Shown: one piece after another, positions 11,077-21,761 of the stretch
How the letters are laid out: every line of letters begins with the position of its first letter
Numbering within the stretch: the first letter of the stretch is position 1
Source: an uncultured Marinomonas sp.
GTDB taxonomy: Bacteria > Pseudomonadota > Gammaproteobacteria > Pseudomonadales > Marinomonadaceae
NCBI GenBank assembly: GCA_947493575.1
Contig: CANLRQ010000007.1
Location: 40,208-104,207, forward strand
Direction of reading: 5' to 3'
DNA: 64,000 nucleotides
The notes under the pieces: generated by a model
What the model was told of the DNA's origin: nothing
What the model saw: the letters and a program-made list of their open reading frames with translations, nothing else
Databases searched by the model: none
Translations under genes and position numbers: made by a program

Positions 11077-14000
11077 ACTGATCTTCTTGACCAAGACCCA
11101 AGGCAGTTTGCTCCATTGAATCTTTTGCTCTATCTTTACCTGAAAATAATGCATCCATTTCTAAAACATGCTTTTTTTCCAACCGTGTTTGATAAATGCC
11201 TTGCTGGTTATTCCCATTCATTCCTCTTAAAAATAAATAAAAAACACCACCAATATGTTTATCGTAATCGTAGTCATCCAAACGTGTTGCTAAATACCTA
11301 TGTAACGCCAATGTATACAGTTGATATTGTAAATCGTATCTATGATCAGAAATTCCATCTTGCATAGCTTGGGCATGGTAGTCTTCGGAGCTATCACCTA
11401 GGTGATTTGATTTATAATCCACTACATAATAGCGCCCTTCCCACTCAAATAATAAATCAATAAATCCTTTTAACATGCCCTTTAATGGTCGATCTTGAAT
11501 ATTAGGCGCATCTTTAGAAACATTATCATAACGTCGAGCGATTCGATCTAATTGCAAGGCCTTAAAACCTGTAACAGGAATAAAAAACTCCATTTCTTTA
11601 TAAACTTGGTTTGCAGATAATGCCGCTAGCGTAAGTTCAGGCATGTGTTTATCCAACGGCGTATAAAGCATGTCTTGCAACCATAAAAACAGAACTTGAC
11701 TCCATTCTCCATAGCCTTGGCGCTCAAAATAATCCTCTATTATTGGTTGATATTGCACCTTCAATAAATCAGCAAACGTTGGAAAGTTTACCTTTTCAAT
11801 TAATGGCGTACCTTCTAATAAGTCATGCAAAAAGACGCCCGGTTTCGCCCCACGAGGAAAGTTAAACCGATTAGCTGCATCATCTTGATTTAACTCAAGT
11901 TGGATACCTGCTTCTGTAGGATTCAATGATTCAAGTGCGCTAAAAGTCGAATGCGTCTCTACAGGATTGTCTGATGAAATCAAACCTGTTTCATCGAGTC
12001 CCGGGTTCATTTCAGTTTTCTTATTACTCTCATCACCAACGACCAATGAAGAATAACTGCCTATCCACCAATCTCGTTCTATATGACCAGAGAACTCTCG
12101 ATTAGATAATATTACTGCTTGATCTTTTTCCAACCCTTTTTCAAATAAAGGGCTTTGTTTAAATACAGGCAAAGAACCCGGTACTGATCGAACAATATTT
12201 ACAGAAGGGTCAGTATCAAAAGACGCCAGTGTTGTCGCTAAAGACCCATACTCTTTATCTTCACCTGCATATAACAATGAGCCAACACCACTCAAATGCA
12301 TTTGGCAACGAACAGGCAAGGTTTTGGTGGCGGCTTTTCCTATTTCGGCACACCCAATAAAACAGGCTTCTTTTGCCCGAGTTAATGCAACATAAGCTAG
12401 GCGAATTTCCGTTGCGTAAAGCTCTTCTTCGTGTAGCTCTTTTTGCTCTTTTTCTGGACAAGGGGCAATCCATAAGGAGGACTCAGTTTCATCATGATAT
12501 AAAGCATGGTCGTCGCGGTTAGCAAAAGGCTTTAACGCAAAAGGCAGATACACTAAAGGGTATTCCAGTCCCTTACTTTTATGAATGGTAATAATTCGTA
12601 CCAGTTCCGCATCACTCTCCAACCGTATTTTCTGCTCATCACTATTGCCATCCGGTGATTGAATGACCATCAAAAAGTATCGCAATAAACTTTCTTGGGA
12701 CTCCATTTCCATGGATTTTTGTTGGAGCTTTTCTCCAAGATGCAACAAATTTGTTAACGAACGCTCTCCATTGATGCGACGGAGAATATCGCTAGCCAGT
12801 GCCAAGTCTTGAATAAAGAGTCTTAACATTGGCAGTAAACCTTGATCCAACCAAACGTCATAGTAGTGCCGAAAACGTACGGACCATTGCTCAAAATACA
12901 CGTCATCGTAATTGAATTGATCCAGTTCACTGTAAGGCTTACTTAGTAATTTAGTCGCCAATGCAGAACGCAAAGGCGTCTCTCTTCCCTGCTCATGGAT
13001 AGCATGCAAAATAATCCATAAATCACTTGCTTCTGAAGAGGCAAAAACAGAGCCTCTGTCACTCAAATACACACTATTAATGCCTCTTTCAGATAGAGAC
13101 TGTTTCATTAATTGTGCCTGCCGATAACCGGCAACCAAAATAGCAATGTCTTTGGGCATAACAGGATTTGAATGTTGTTTGTCTTTTAATGATGCCTGTC
13201 CTTGCTGGCCTTCTAACAACAACTCGTGAATATGAGTCGCTGACATTTCCGCCATACGCTCCTCATAAGTGCCAGTACTGACAACCTCATCTTGATCCAG
13301 CAGTAAAAATTGCATCGCAGGCTGAACTTGGCTTTTGCGTATAAACCCACCTTCGATAGCACGATCTTCTACAGGAATAAAAGGAATGCCATCAACCCTA
13401 AAGGGATGCGCTTGTGTCATAAACAACTGATTAACTGTTTGTATCATGGCTGCAGAAGAGCGATAGTTCGTTGACAATGAATACACAGCTGCAACGTCTT
13501 TTTTGGCAGCAAGATAGGTATAAACATCTGCGCCTCGAAACGCATAAATTGCTTGTTTAGGATCACCAATCATAATCAAGCCTAACAACTTCGGCTGAAT
13601 TTCTATCGTTTCACAATCTTGTTCTTGATGGCTTGTAGGTGGATAAATACTGGAGAAAATACGGTATTGAATCGGGTCAGTGTCTTGGAACTCATCTATC
13701 ATTGCTACTGGATACAGGTGTTGAATACGGTCGGCTAAACGCTCCCCACCTTCATTTTGTAACGCAAAATCCAAAGAGGTAAGTAAATCTGTAAACGTCA
13801 GTTTTAATGTCTGTTGTTTCCATTTAGTTAAACGCTCTTGTACCAACACCCAATAACGAGACAGCAATGCTGGTTTCACCTGATTCATATCAGGAAACAC
13901 TAAGCGCAAACTTTTAACACTTTCAAATAATGGATGCGTTGGAGCGACACCGCCTTTTTTTACATTTAATGCCAACTCAGCGGCATCAATTCGCTTTAAT

Positions 14001-14872
14001 TCATCGATTAGTGATAAAGCGTCACTTTCCCCCCATGAAAATAAGTTTCGAATCACCTTTTCACGAGCATCCATCTTTTTCGGAGTGTTGTACCAAAAAG
14101 TGGCTTTAACATCGCTGTTATCAAGTAACTCAATTACGTCTTTAGCGTGTGTTTTCCAAAGCAGCCTGACTTCTTGAATCTGCTCTTTTGCTAACTCTAA
14201 CCTCCCTTCGATATCAAAATCCGCACCTTGAATATTCACACTGGGTTGACTTTGCACACTCGCCAAGTCTTTTTGTAATGTTTGAGGAGTGTCCCAAATA
14301 TTTCTCACAATGGCGGCAAATTCAGGAGACATAGGATAGGTTTCCGAGCGCCAAACGTCTTTTACCGCGATGCTTAAGGGAATACTTTCGTCTGTTTCAA
14401 TTTCTTGTTGGAATAGCATTCGGCTTTCAAAGGCATTTTGACTGAGCATTCTCTGACAAAACCCATGAATGGTAAAAATGGCCGCTTCATCCATTTGCTT
14501 TTCTGCATTCAATAAACGTTCAACAGCCAGCTCATTTTCAGAGGAAGAAAACCGAGCAATCCAGTTGTGTAGAAAATCGTCGTCACTTTCCCCAGTTAAC
14601 AGGGCTTTTCTTGCTTGTCTAATTCGTTGACGTATTCTCCCTTTCAATTCAGCCGTAGCCGCCTCAGTAAAGGTCACTACTAGAATTTGATCCACAGTTA
14701 AAGGATAAGAAAATTCATTCTTGTCTTTTGTTGGAACCAATAAACGTAAATATAAATTGGCAATGGTATAGGTTTTTCCTGTTCCAGCACTGGCCTCAAT
14801 TAATCGCCGCCCAAACAATGGAAAAGTAAATGCATCTAAAGGTATTAACGGTCGTTCAAAAGAGGTTTTCAT
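11063..14872 (-). CDS. recB: Exodeoxyribonuclease V beta subunit
   Basis: IEASAGTGKT, IDEFQDTD, TIHKSKGLEY, C-terminal nuclease G.IDL...VVDYKSN; ATG 14872 overlaps the recC stop. Confidence 0.97.
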   Translation of the reverse strand: MKTSFERPLIPLDAFTFPLFGRRLIEASAGTGKTYTIANLYLRLLVPTKDKNEFSYPLTVDQILVVTFTEAATAELKGRIRQRIRQARKALLTGESDDDFLHNWIARFSSSENELAVERLLNAEKQMDEAAIFTIHGFCQRMLSQNAFESRMLFQQEIETDESIPLSIAVKDVWRSETYPMSPEFAAIVRNIWDTPQTLQKDLASVQSQPSVNIQGADFDIEGRLELAKEQIQEVRLLWKTHAKDVIELLDNSDVKATFWYNTPKKMDAREKVIRNLFSWGESDALSLIDELKRIDAAELALNVKKGGVAPTHPLFESVKSLRLVFPDMNQVKPALLSRYWVLVQERLTKWKQQTLKLTFTDLLTSLDFALQNEGGERLADRIQHLYPVAMIDEFQDTDPIQYRIFSSIYPPTSHQEQDCETIEIQPKLLGLIMIGDPKQAIYAFRGADVYTYLAAKKDVAAVYSLSTNYRSSAAMIQTVNQLFMTQAHPFRVDGIPFIPVEDRAIEGGFIRKSQVQPAMQFLLLDQDEVVSTGTYEERMAEMSATHIHELLLEGQQGQASLKDKQHSNPVMPKDIAILVAGYRQAQLMKQSLSERGINSVYLSDRGSVFASSEASDLWIILHAIHEQGRETPLRSALATKLLSKPYSELDQFNYDDVYFEQWSVRFRHYYDVWLDQGLLPMLRLFIQDLALASDILRRINGERSLTNLLHLGEKLQQKSMEMESQESLLRYFLMVIQSPDGNSDEQKIRLESDAELVRIITIHKSKGLEYPLVYLPFALKPFANRDDHALYHDETESSLWIAPCPEKEQKELHEEELYATEIRLAYVALTRAKEACFIGCAEIGKAATKTLPVRCQMHLSGVGSLLYAGEDKEYGSLATTLASFDTDPSVNIVRSVPGSLPVFKQSPLFEKGLEKDQAVILSNREFSGHIERDWWIGSYSSLVVGDESNKKTEMNPGLDETGLISSDNPVETHSTFSALESLNPTEAGIQLELNQDDAANRFNFPRGAKPGVFLHDLLEGTPLIEKVNFPTFADLLKVQYQPIIEDYFERQGYGEWSQVLFLWLQDMLYTPLDKHMPELTLAALSANQVYKEMEFFIPVTGFKALQLDRIARRYDNVSKDAPNIQDRPLKGMLKGFIDLLFEWEGRYYVVDYKSNHLGDSSEDYHAQAMQDGISDHRYDLQYQLYTLALHRYLATRLDDYDYDKHIGGVFYLFLRGMNGNNQQGIYQTRLEKKHVLEMDALFSGKDRAKDSMEQTALGLGQEDQYDLF

Positions 14873-17800
14873 TCTTGCTTCTCCAAATATGTGTACGCGG
14901 GCAACCACAAACTCTCACTTAGAAGAACAAACTCAGTTTGCACCTCTTCCAAATGAGAGTAGGTTCGTTGCCAATACACATCTCGGCCTTCCGAAAACTC
15001 CAAAAATGTATCGTGATAACACTTAACAGCTTTTTCCCATGCAGACTCTTCAGTCTGAGTTTTATGCATTTCACTGGCCCAAGCATCCGCTGTTTTCGCA
15101 GGCAAAGGCGTCACTCGGTTCACCCCTTGTTCAAACACCGCCCAATAACGAGACAATAGAGACAACGCGGCTTCGGCTTCCAACTTAGGCCAACACGTCT
15201 CCACAACTTCAGAAGAAGTCGTTGTTTTGAAGGATAGAAGTAGCGTTTGCATTGGTACACCTTGCGCATTAATAACCAAATGCTCAAGCCAAGTTTTCAT
15301 ACGAACTCTGGCAGTTAACGCACTTAAATGGCGAACAACTCTTCGGTCACTGTCCCAGCGATCCAACCAAGCGACCACCTTAACAAACCTCTCATGTTCT
15401 GAACGGACAAGACTTTTATATTCGTCAGAAACTCTAAAACTAAGTTGTATATCTACTTTTGGCCAAGCCATAGAGCTTTTTGCAGGTGATGCAGCGGCCA
15501 TAGAAGCGCATTGATTCAGCAGCTCTTGTAAAGACATTTCGCCAAACTCACCATAGGGAAATTGCCCACTCAGTTGCAGCTTCTGTTTAAAAGCTTGGAT
15601 ATTGCCCTCTTCATAAGCAACCAGTGCCCGCTCGCGAAAATCCAATGCAGCCAGATAATTAATAGAAAAAGGCTCGTCTTCTAATTCCTGCATTTCTCGA
15701 ATAGAAAGATAAGCTTTTAACCGCTTCTGATAAAAATATCGTGCAGGATGAGTAAAAAAGCGAATGATGTCAGTAAACTCCACTTCTTCTATCTCTTGTT
15801 CTAAATCAGGCAAACTAGCAGGAGTATTAACGACATTAGAGTTAGGGTTATTCGGTAGGCTAGCATCTTCTGATGAGATATTTTGGTTAATCGCATCGAG
15901 CCACATTTCTTCATAACTGAATAAACGGCTAGACATGGACTCCTTGTTCGCAACCAAATAATAGTCAGAGTTAAAGGGCTGTAATGAATGCTCTGTTACC
16001 AATTTCTGTAAGAGAGCTTTTTGACTCTTTTCTGGGTCTAAATGAGAATCTGTACAAAAAGCACTGCTTTGACCTATGTACTCCAATAATTCACTGACCA
16101 ATATAGACGAATTTAACTCACTGTTATCTCGAATATTACGACCAACATAACTGATATAAAATGTCTTTCTTGCAGACAGTAGCGCTTCGAGAAAGAGGTA
16201 TTTATCATCTTCCCTACGACTACGATCCCCTTTTTGATAGTTCCCTACCATCAAGTCAAAACCTACAGGGATTTTCGCCCTAGGGTATACGCCTTCATTT
16301 AATCCAAGGACACACACCACCTTAAAAGGCACGGAGCGCATTGGCATCAAGGTACAAAAGCTAATCCGCCCTGCTAAAAAGCGTTGACCGCCTTGAGGCT
16401 CTTGCAATCTAGGTATTAAAATCTGCCTTAACACTGCTAAATCTATGCACTCATTAAAGTTAGCCGTTCTCCACTCAGTTGACATTTTATCGATTTGTTG
16501 AGTCAGTAATGGCGCAAAAACATCGTCTTCATCGACTTCAAAAAAGACATCAAATAAGTCATATAAAAACTCTACCCATTCATCAGGTAATCTAGGTGAA
16601 CGCATAGCTGTCACTAGTTCATTTACCGCATTTAAAAACTGAGCAAGCTTACCAGCAACATCGGCCTCAAGGCCCTCAACTTCACCATAACTGAGCAAAT
16701 TATTCCAAACGACATCATGGCCTACGGCATAACCTAACAACATACGATTAAGTCCATTTTGCCATGTATTTTGTGTATCGACAGGCAGCGACCAATGTTC
16801 CGCAGTTGTTTGATCCAGCCCCCAACGAATACCTGACTCATTACTCCATTGACGAATGCGCTCTAACTCATCCACAGTTAACATAAAACGCGCTAATACA
16901 GCCGGTACTTCAAGAATGCTAATCAGTTCCGACAGGGTGCAGCGACTATCAAGTAAAGATAAAAGCTGTACATAAGCATCAATTAAAGGAGCTTCATGAT
17001 TTGCTTGTAAATCCACCAGTGCAAAAGGAATACGCTTATGTTCTGGCTGACATGAAAACACCGATTTAATAAATGGGCTGTACTGATTCACATCAGGCAA
17101 CATAACAATAATATCTTTAGGCGTTAGACTTTTATCTTGATCGAACATAGACAAGAGTTGGTCATGTAATACTTCCACTTCTCTTAACGCACTGTGGCAA
17201 GAATGAAACTGCACACTTTTATCGTGTGTAGCTATAAGGTGCTTATAGGAAGAGTCTGTCAAGTAACCTTCCCTTTCTTCTTTCGCACCATGATTATCCA
17301 GTGTCAGCACATCTTGCTGTAAACGCTTCAATAAAGACACACCCGCCGTATTATCTAAAGCTTCTATATCAATATAGTCTTCAAATACATCTAACTGATT
17401 ATCGGCTAAATCCATCAGCTGCAATATGTAATCTCGCCCAAGCCTGCCCCATGAAGATAACAGTGGGTTAGCGTCTAAATGCAATTTTTCTAAAGTCAGT
17501 CCAGGCTTATTGGGTTGACGTTTAATTTGACGATTTAAATATTGCTTATCAACAACATCCCCCCAATAAAACTGACTTGGATTCAGTACAAAAAGGTGAA
17601 CTTCAATCCAACCTGATTTTGCTAGAACCTTTAAAGCATTTAGTGTGTTTGGTGGTAAAGATGAAACACCAAATACAAAGATTCTATCAGGCAATGTTGC
17701 TGGTTTTTTTGCATTGAGAGTGGCTTCTTGGAGAGCCTCAACTAAGTTAGCACGATGAAATAAAGACCCATTATCGAGTGAGACATCGGCAACCAAATCT

Positions 17801-18321
17801 CGCCACAAAATTGCTTGCCAAGGTTGTTTTTCAGTAACTCGATTGATCTCATCAATAGACTGATCGTTTGCTTCCCAAGCCGATATCCAGTCAGGTCGAT
17901 ACACCAAATATTGATCGTAAATATCAGCAATGCTTGCGCACAGTTGATAAAGACGCATCTGGCTGGAATCTTCTTGTAAATACCAAGTTAAAGCTGCAAA
18001 TTCATCTTGCTCTAAACGTTCCGGCAACACCCGCATTAATCGCCAAATAAGGTAGGGTTTGTTAAACTCACTTTGTAATGGAATGTCTGGAATACTTTTT
18101 TGAAAACATTGCCAAACAAAAGTAGAAGGTAAAGGAAATACAACACCAGCATTAATACCTTGTTGCTCTGCTAAAGTCATTTTTAGCCATTGAGCCATGC
18201 CCGGACTTTGAACTAGAATGTGTTCGGATTCGAAAGCATTTTGGGGTGGAGAAAGCGCCAGTATTTTGTTTAAAACAACAGCAAGGTCTTCAAGATGGTT
18301 TCCAGAATAAACACTGAACAT
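14869..18321 (-). CDS. recC: Exodeoxyribonuclease V gamma subunit
   Basis: ILVQSPGMAQWLK, NPLLSSWGRLGRD, TLMPMRSVPFKVVCVLGLN. Confidence 0.97.
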   Translation of the reverse strand: MFSVYSGNHLEDLAVVLNKILALSPPQNAFESEHILVQSPGMAQWLKMTLAEQQGINAGVVFPLPSTFVWQCFQKSIPDIPLQSEFNKPYLIWRLMRVLPERLEQDEFAALTWYLQEDSSQMRLYQLCASIADIYDQYLVYRPDWISAWEANDQSIDEINRVTEKQPWQAILWRDLVADVSLDNGSLFHRANLVEALQEATLNAKKPATLPDRIFVFGVSSLPPNTLNALKVLAKSGWIEVHLFVLNPSQFYWGDVVDKQYLNRQIKRQPNKPGLTLEKLHLDANPLLSSWGRLGRDYILQLMDLADNQLDVFEDYIDIEALDNTAGVSLLKRLQQDVLTLDNHGAKEEREGYLTDSSYKHLIATHDKSVQFHSCHSALREVEVLHDQLLSMFDQDKSLTPKDIIVMLPDVNQYSPFIKSVFSCQPEHKRIPFALVDLQANHEAPLIDAYVQLLSLLDSRCTLSELISILEVPAVLARFMLTVDELERIRQWSNESGIRWGLDQTTAEHWSLPVDTQNTWQNGLNRMLLGYAVGHDVVWNNLLSYGEVEGLEADVAGKLAQFLNAVNELVTAMRSPRLPDEWVEFLYDLFDVFFEVDEDDVFAPLLTQQIDKMSTEWRTANFNECIDLAVLRQILIPRLQEPQGGQRFLAGRISFCTLMPMRSVPFKVVCVLGLNEGVYPRAKIPVGFDLMVGNYQKGDRSRREDDKYLFLEALLSARKTFYISYVGRNIRDNSELNSSILVSELLEYIGQSSAFCTDSHLDPEKSQKALLQKLVTEHSLQPFNSDYYLVANKESMSSRLFSYEEMWLDAINQNISSEDASLPNNPNSNVVNTPASLPDLEQEIEEVEFTDIIRFFTHPARYFYQKRLKAYLSIREMQELEDEPFSINYLAALDFRERALVAYEEGNIQAFKQKLQLSGQFPYGEFGEMSLQELLNQCASMAAASPAKSSMAWPKVDIQLSFRVSDEYKSLVRSEHERFVKVVAWLDRWDSDRRVVRHLSALTARVRMKTWLEHLVINAQGVPMQTLLLSFKTTTSSEVVETCWPKLEAEAALSLLSRYWAVFEQGVNRVTPLPAKTADAWASEMHKTQTEESAWEKAVKCYHDTFLEFSEGRDVYWQRTYSHLEEVQTEFVLLSESLWLPAYTYLEKQE

Positions 18322-18428
18322 AGTCTTCCTTATTGTTGTTTATTACAGACAAATCAAGATATATGAACAATAAAACAATATGATACAACAAGTAAGCTAC
18401 AATAATGTAGAAAGAGGGAATGTAAAAA

Positions 18429-18504
18429 TGGTGGAGCCTAGGAGGATCGAACTCCTGACCTCAACGCTGCCAGCGTTGCGCTCTCCCAGCTGAGCTAAGG
18501 CCCC
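18429..18504 (-). tRNA. tRNA-Ala (anticodon GGC)
   Basis: Reverse strand GGGGCCTTAGCTCAGCTGGGAGAGCGCAACGCTGGCAGCGTTGAGGTCAGGAGTTCGATCCTCCTAGGCTCCACCA; 76 nt, encoded CCA. Confidence 0.97.
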
Positions 18505-18520
18505 ATTTCATTTTGCGAAA

Positions 18521-18549
18521 ATAGTAATCACAGTTTAATATAGAGTCAA
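18521..18549 (-). promoter_or_regulatory. Sigma70-type promoter for tRNA-Ala
   Basis: TTGACT-17 nt-TACTAT on the minus strand just upstream of the tRNA. Confidence 0.65.
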
Positions 18550-18660
18550 TAGGCGTATCTTAATAAAATGGACTTTATTTCTTTTATTGCTCCGCTTAAG
18601 ACAAATAGAAAATTTTTTTATTATGGATGCCTGTGAAGCATCTTATATAACCCCTAAAAG

Positions 18661-19896
18661 GTGACTGATTTGACAGCTCCAAACAAACCATTAAACGACC
18701 TTATGATGGCTCAGCAGCCTATTTTTGATGCCAATAACACGTTATTTGGTTACGAGCTTTTATTCAGAGGACAAAACGAAGACTTTGCCGACTTTTTCGA
18801 TGGTGAGAAAGCAACCAGTCAAGTACTTATTAACTTATGCCTCGGTATCACAGAGTTAAATGTACAGTTGAATACTCCTTTATTCATAAACATGACAGGT
18901 AACCTACTCCTTTCAGATGCATTTTTCCCCATTGACCCCTCCCAAGTTTTTGTTGAAATTTTAGAAGAGCAAGAAATCACAAACGATTTAATTCAAAAAG
19001 TCGCAGCTTGGCATGAAGTTGGCTATGAGTTTGTTTTAGATGACTATCAGTTTTCACGCGATTACGATCCTCTATTACCTTTAGTTAAAATGGTGAAAGT
19101 AGATGTCTTAGCAACACACCCTACTCAGTATAAAAACGAAATTGACGCTTTATTAGCACGAGGTATTATTTTAGTTGCTGAAAAAGTAGAAAACTTAGAA
19201 ATGCTCGCTCTTTGTAAAAAAATGGGGTTCACTCTATTCCAAGGCTATTACCTACAAAAACCCAGTATCATAAAAGGAAGAAAAATTGATTCTGCGGTGC
19301 AAATGGCAGTTGAGTTGGTCAGTGAGCTTCAGAACCCAAATATTAGTATAGATAAAGTAGCCAAGCTGGTTGAGAAAAACCCCAAGCTTTCTTATCAACT
19401 ATTGAGAATTCTTAATAGCCCTATTTGTGGCATCCCTAAAAAAGTTGAAAGCATTAAAGAAGCCGTTATTTTTATTGGGCTTAATCAAATTAAAAAATGG
19501 GCTTTGTTAATTACGCTTACTTCAGCATCAAGTCAGCCTATTGAAATGTTTCGAGTAATATTAACTCGTGCTCACTGCTGTCAGGCTATGTGCCGTATTA
19601 ATGGACAGGTAAACGAAGACACAGGGTTTATTGCTGGAATCATGTCTGGAATCGATGCGATTTTAGCCATGGAAAAGCAAGAGGCACTCGATCAAATTGC
19701 AATAAGCAGCACTCTTAAAGGCGTCATCCTTAATTACGAAGGGGAGATAGGTAAGTACCTGAAAGTCATTCAATCTTTAGAGAAAAACAACTGGGATGAC
19801 ATCTCCAACTTACCCCAAAAAACGAAAATCATGCTCAGCAGATGTTATGGTGAAGGCGTACTTTGGGCAAATTCAACACTTACATCATTACAGTAA
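18661..19896 (+). CDS. EAL-like plus HDOD domain signalling protein
   Basis: QQPIFD, GYELLFR, LDDY, AEKVE, FQGYY; then an HDOD-type region (NPKLSYQLLRILNSP). Confidence 0.88.
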   Translation: MTDLTAPNKPLNDLMMAQQPIFDANNTLFGYELLFRGQNEDFADFFDGEKATSQVLINLCLGITELNVQLNTPLFINMTGNLLLSDAFFPIDPSQVFVEILEEQEITNDLIQKVAAWHEVGYEFVLDDYQFSRDYDPLLPLVKMVKVDVLATHPTQYKNEIDALLARGIILVAEKVENLEMLALCKKMGFTLFQGYYLQKPSIIKGRKIDSAVQMAVELVSELQNPNISIDKVAKLVEKNPKLSYQLLRILNSPICGIPKKVESIKEAVIFIGLNQIKKWALLITLTSASSQPIEMFRVILTRAHCCQAMCRINGQVNEDTGFIAGIMSGIDAILAMEKQEALDQIAISSTLKGVILNYEGEIGKYLKVIQSLEKNNWDDISNLPQKTKIMLSRCYGEGVLWANSTLTSLQ

Positions 19897-19934
19897 TTTT
19901 TATAACAGCAAAAAATCTGCAAATTTAAATACCA

Positions 19935-21188
19935 TCACGCAGGGGCCTTTTCAAGCCAATCAATCATACCCTGCCCTGCGTGATACCCACTTGCAAAACA
20001 AGCTGTAAGCAAATACCCACCTGTTGGCGCTTCCCAATCCAACATTTCACCGGCACAGAACACACCATTACGTGCTTTGAGCATTAAGTCTTCAGTAAGG
20101 GCGTCTCGTTTAACGCCACCAGCACTACTAATTGCATTTTTTATATCAAAACAATCAGTAAGAGTTAATGGAAAGTATTTTAAGCAATTAGCCACAGCTT
20201 CAGGAATGTTCATTTCATCAGAGGATAACCGTTCTCTTAATAACATACTTTTAGCCCCTTCCAACTTAAGTCTCTTTTTTAAAAAGCTCGTTATCGAAGA
20301 CTTCCCTCTTGGTTTTAACAGTCGCTTTACTATTTCTTCTTTAGATAAGTCAGGCATTAAATCAATCAGAATTTGCGCTTGGCCGGCAATAGCCATTTTT
20401 TCTCGAATGGCTGATGAGTGCGCATAGATCAAGCTACCCTCTATACCAAACTCATCAATCATCACATCTCCTTTCACACCATTTTTTCCTACGGGGTTCC
20501 CTTCCATAGATATAGCGACTCCTTTCAATGCTACCCCTTTATTAGTGCTGGAAAAGATCTCACTCCAATGGCATTTAAAACCACAATTTGCTGGGCGAAA
20601 CGAACGAAATGTATTTTCATCCGTTAGGGACTTAACCCAAGAAGCATCAGAACCTAAGGAAGGCCAACTGGCTCCTCCTAATGCAAACAAAACCGATTTA
20701 GCTTGAACCAAAACAGATTGATCCAAATTCTGGAAGTGTAATGCTTTACCATGCCAACCAACCCATTTATGACGAGCATGAAACACAACGCCTTGTTGCT
20801 TTAATCTCTGAACCCATTTTCTTAGTAATGGTGCGGCTTTCATCTCAATAGGAAAAATACGACCGGAAGTGCCTACAAATGTCTCAATTCCCAGCTCTTC
20901 TATCCAAGACTGTAAATCATTGCCATTAAAAGAATCCAACCACTCCGATACCCACTCATTTGCTTCATAAAAACGTTTTCTAAAGAGTTCCTCAGGTTCT
21001 GAATGGGTAATATTCATGCCGCCTTTACCAGCTAATAAAAACTTCCTTGCTACCGACGGCATGGCATCGTAAATAGACACTTGATAACCCGCCTTTGCTA
21101 ACGTTTCCGCAGCCATCAACCCTGTAGGACCAGCACCAACAACCACAACATCATTAGTAACCACATTTGAAGAATCTAAAACAGACAT
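19935..21188 (-). CDS. NAD(P)/FAD-dependent oxidoreductase, HI0933/BaiN-like flavoprotein
   Basis: GAGPTGL, RKFLLAGKGGMNITHSE, GEMLDWEAPTGGYLL. Confidence 0.88.
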   Translation of the reverse strand: MSVLDSSNVVTNDVVVVGAGPTGLMAAETLAKAGYQVSIYDAMPSVARKFLLAGKGGMNITHSEPEELFRKRFYEANEWVSEWLDSFNGNDLQSWIEELGIETFVGTSGRIFPIEMKAAPLLRKWVQRLKQQGVVFHARHKWVGWHGKALHFQNLDQSVLVQAKSVLFALGGASWPSLGSDASWVKSLTDENTFRSFRPANCGFKCHWSEIFSSTNKGVALKGVAISMEGNPVGKNGVKGDVMIDEFGIEGSLIYAHSSAIREKMAIAGQAQILIDLMPDLSKEEIVKRLLKPRGKSSITSFLKKRLKLEGAKSMLLRERLSSDEMNIPEAVANCLKYFPLTLTDCFDIKNAISSAGGVKRDALTEDLMLKARNGVFCAGEMLDWEAPTGGYLLTACFASGYHAGQGMIDWLEKAPA

Positions 21189-21300
21189 ATAACCACCAAA
21201 AACTAAGTGCTCATAGTATAAATCAGTTTTTACTGAGAGCGCCCCGATTTCATAAAAAGATATTTTTATTCGAAAAAGACATTTTTTTTATTCTAAAGCA

Positions 21301-21328
21301 TTGACATAGATATAGAAATCCATAGAAT
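21301..21328 (+). promoter_or_regulatory. Sigma70 promoter of tRNA-Leu followed by a GC-rich discriminator
   Basis: TTGACA (21301)-16 nt-TAGAAT (21323), then GTGCGCCAC. Confidence 0.75.
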
Positions 21329-21345
21329 GTGCGCCACGTTTCAAG

Positions 21346-21431
21346 GCCAGTGTGGTGGAATTGGTAGACACGACGGATTCAAAATCCGTTGCCTAATAAG
21401 CGTGGCGGTTCGAGTCCGCCCACTGGTACCA
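21346..21431 (+). tRNA. tRNA-Leu (anticodon CAA)
   Basis: GCCAGTG...CACTGGT acceptor stem plus ACCA end, anticodon arm ACGGA-TTCAAAA-TCCGT, long variable arm, GGTTCGAGTCC T-loop; 86 nt. Confidence 0.96.
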
Positions 21432-21436
21432 ATTAG

Positions 21437-21474
21437 AAAGCCCGTATAGATTTTAATCTGTACGGGCTTTTTTT
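21437..21474 (+). terminator. Intrinsic terminator after tRNA-Leu
   Basis: AAAGCCCGTA...TACGGGCTTT hairpin followed by a T run. Confidence 0.85.
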
Positions 21475-21761
21475 ATGCCTATCTAAAAGTAATTTTTTAA
21501 TCACAAGCCATCTCCATTCAAAAAAACGGTTCTCCACGATAACCACTAGAATACTCATGAACACAGCTGAGTAGTCTATCTCACCAAATCTCTAAATTTT
21601 AAGTACTTTATTCAAGGTTTTATGGTGTTCTATTTTATTGACTCGCTGGCCTTTAAGGGACAAAATATTGGTCGGGATACTGGTAGTCATGTATTTGTTA
21701 TATGTGAAGTTGTGAGAAGCCTTACATTTCAACAGATTACATGGCTATCAGCTATCTTTTC

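Noticed and set aside
9043-18321. recC-recB-recD cluster without ptrA
   Set aside because: An ordinary core arrangement with all motifs intact; nothing unusual.
21432-21761. Possible integrase or att site after tRNA-Leu; ORF 21622-21864
   Set aside because: No recombinase motifs and no repeat of the tRNA 3' end seen by eye. The ORF overlaps the LysR end and has no recognisable features.
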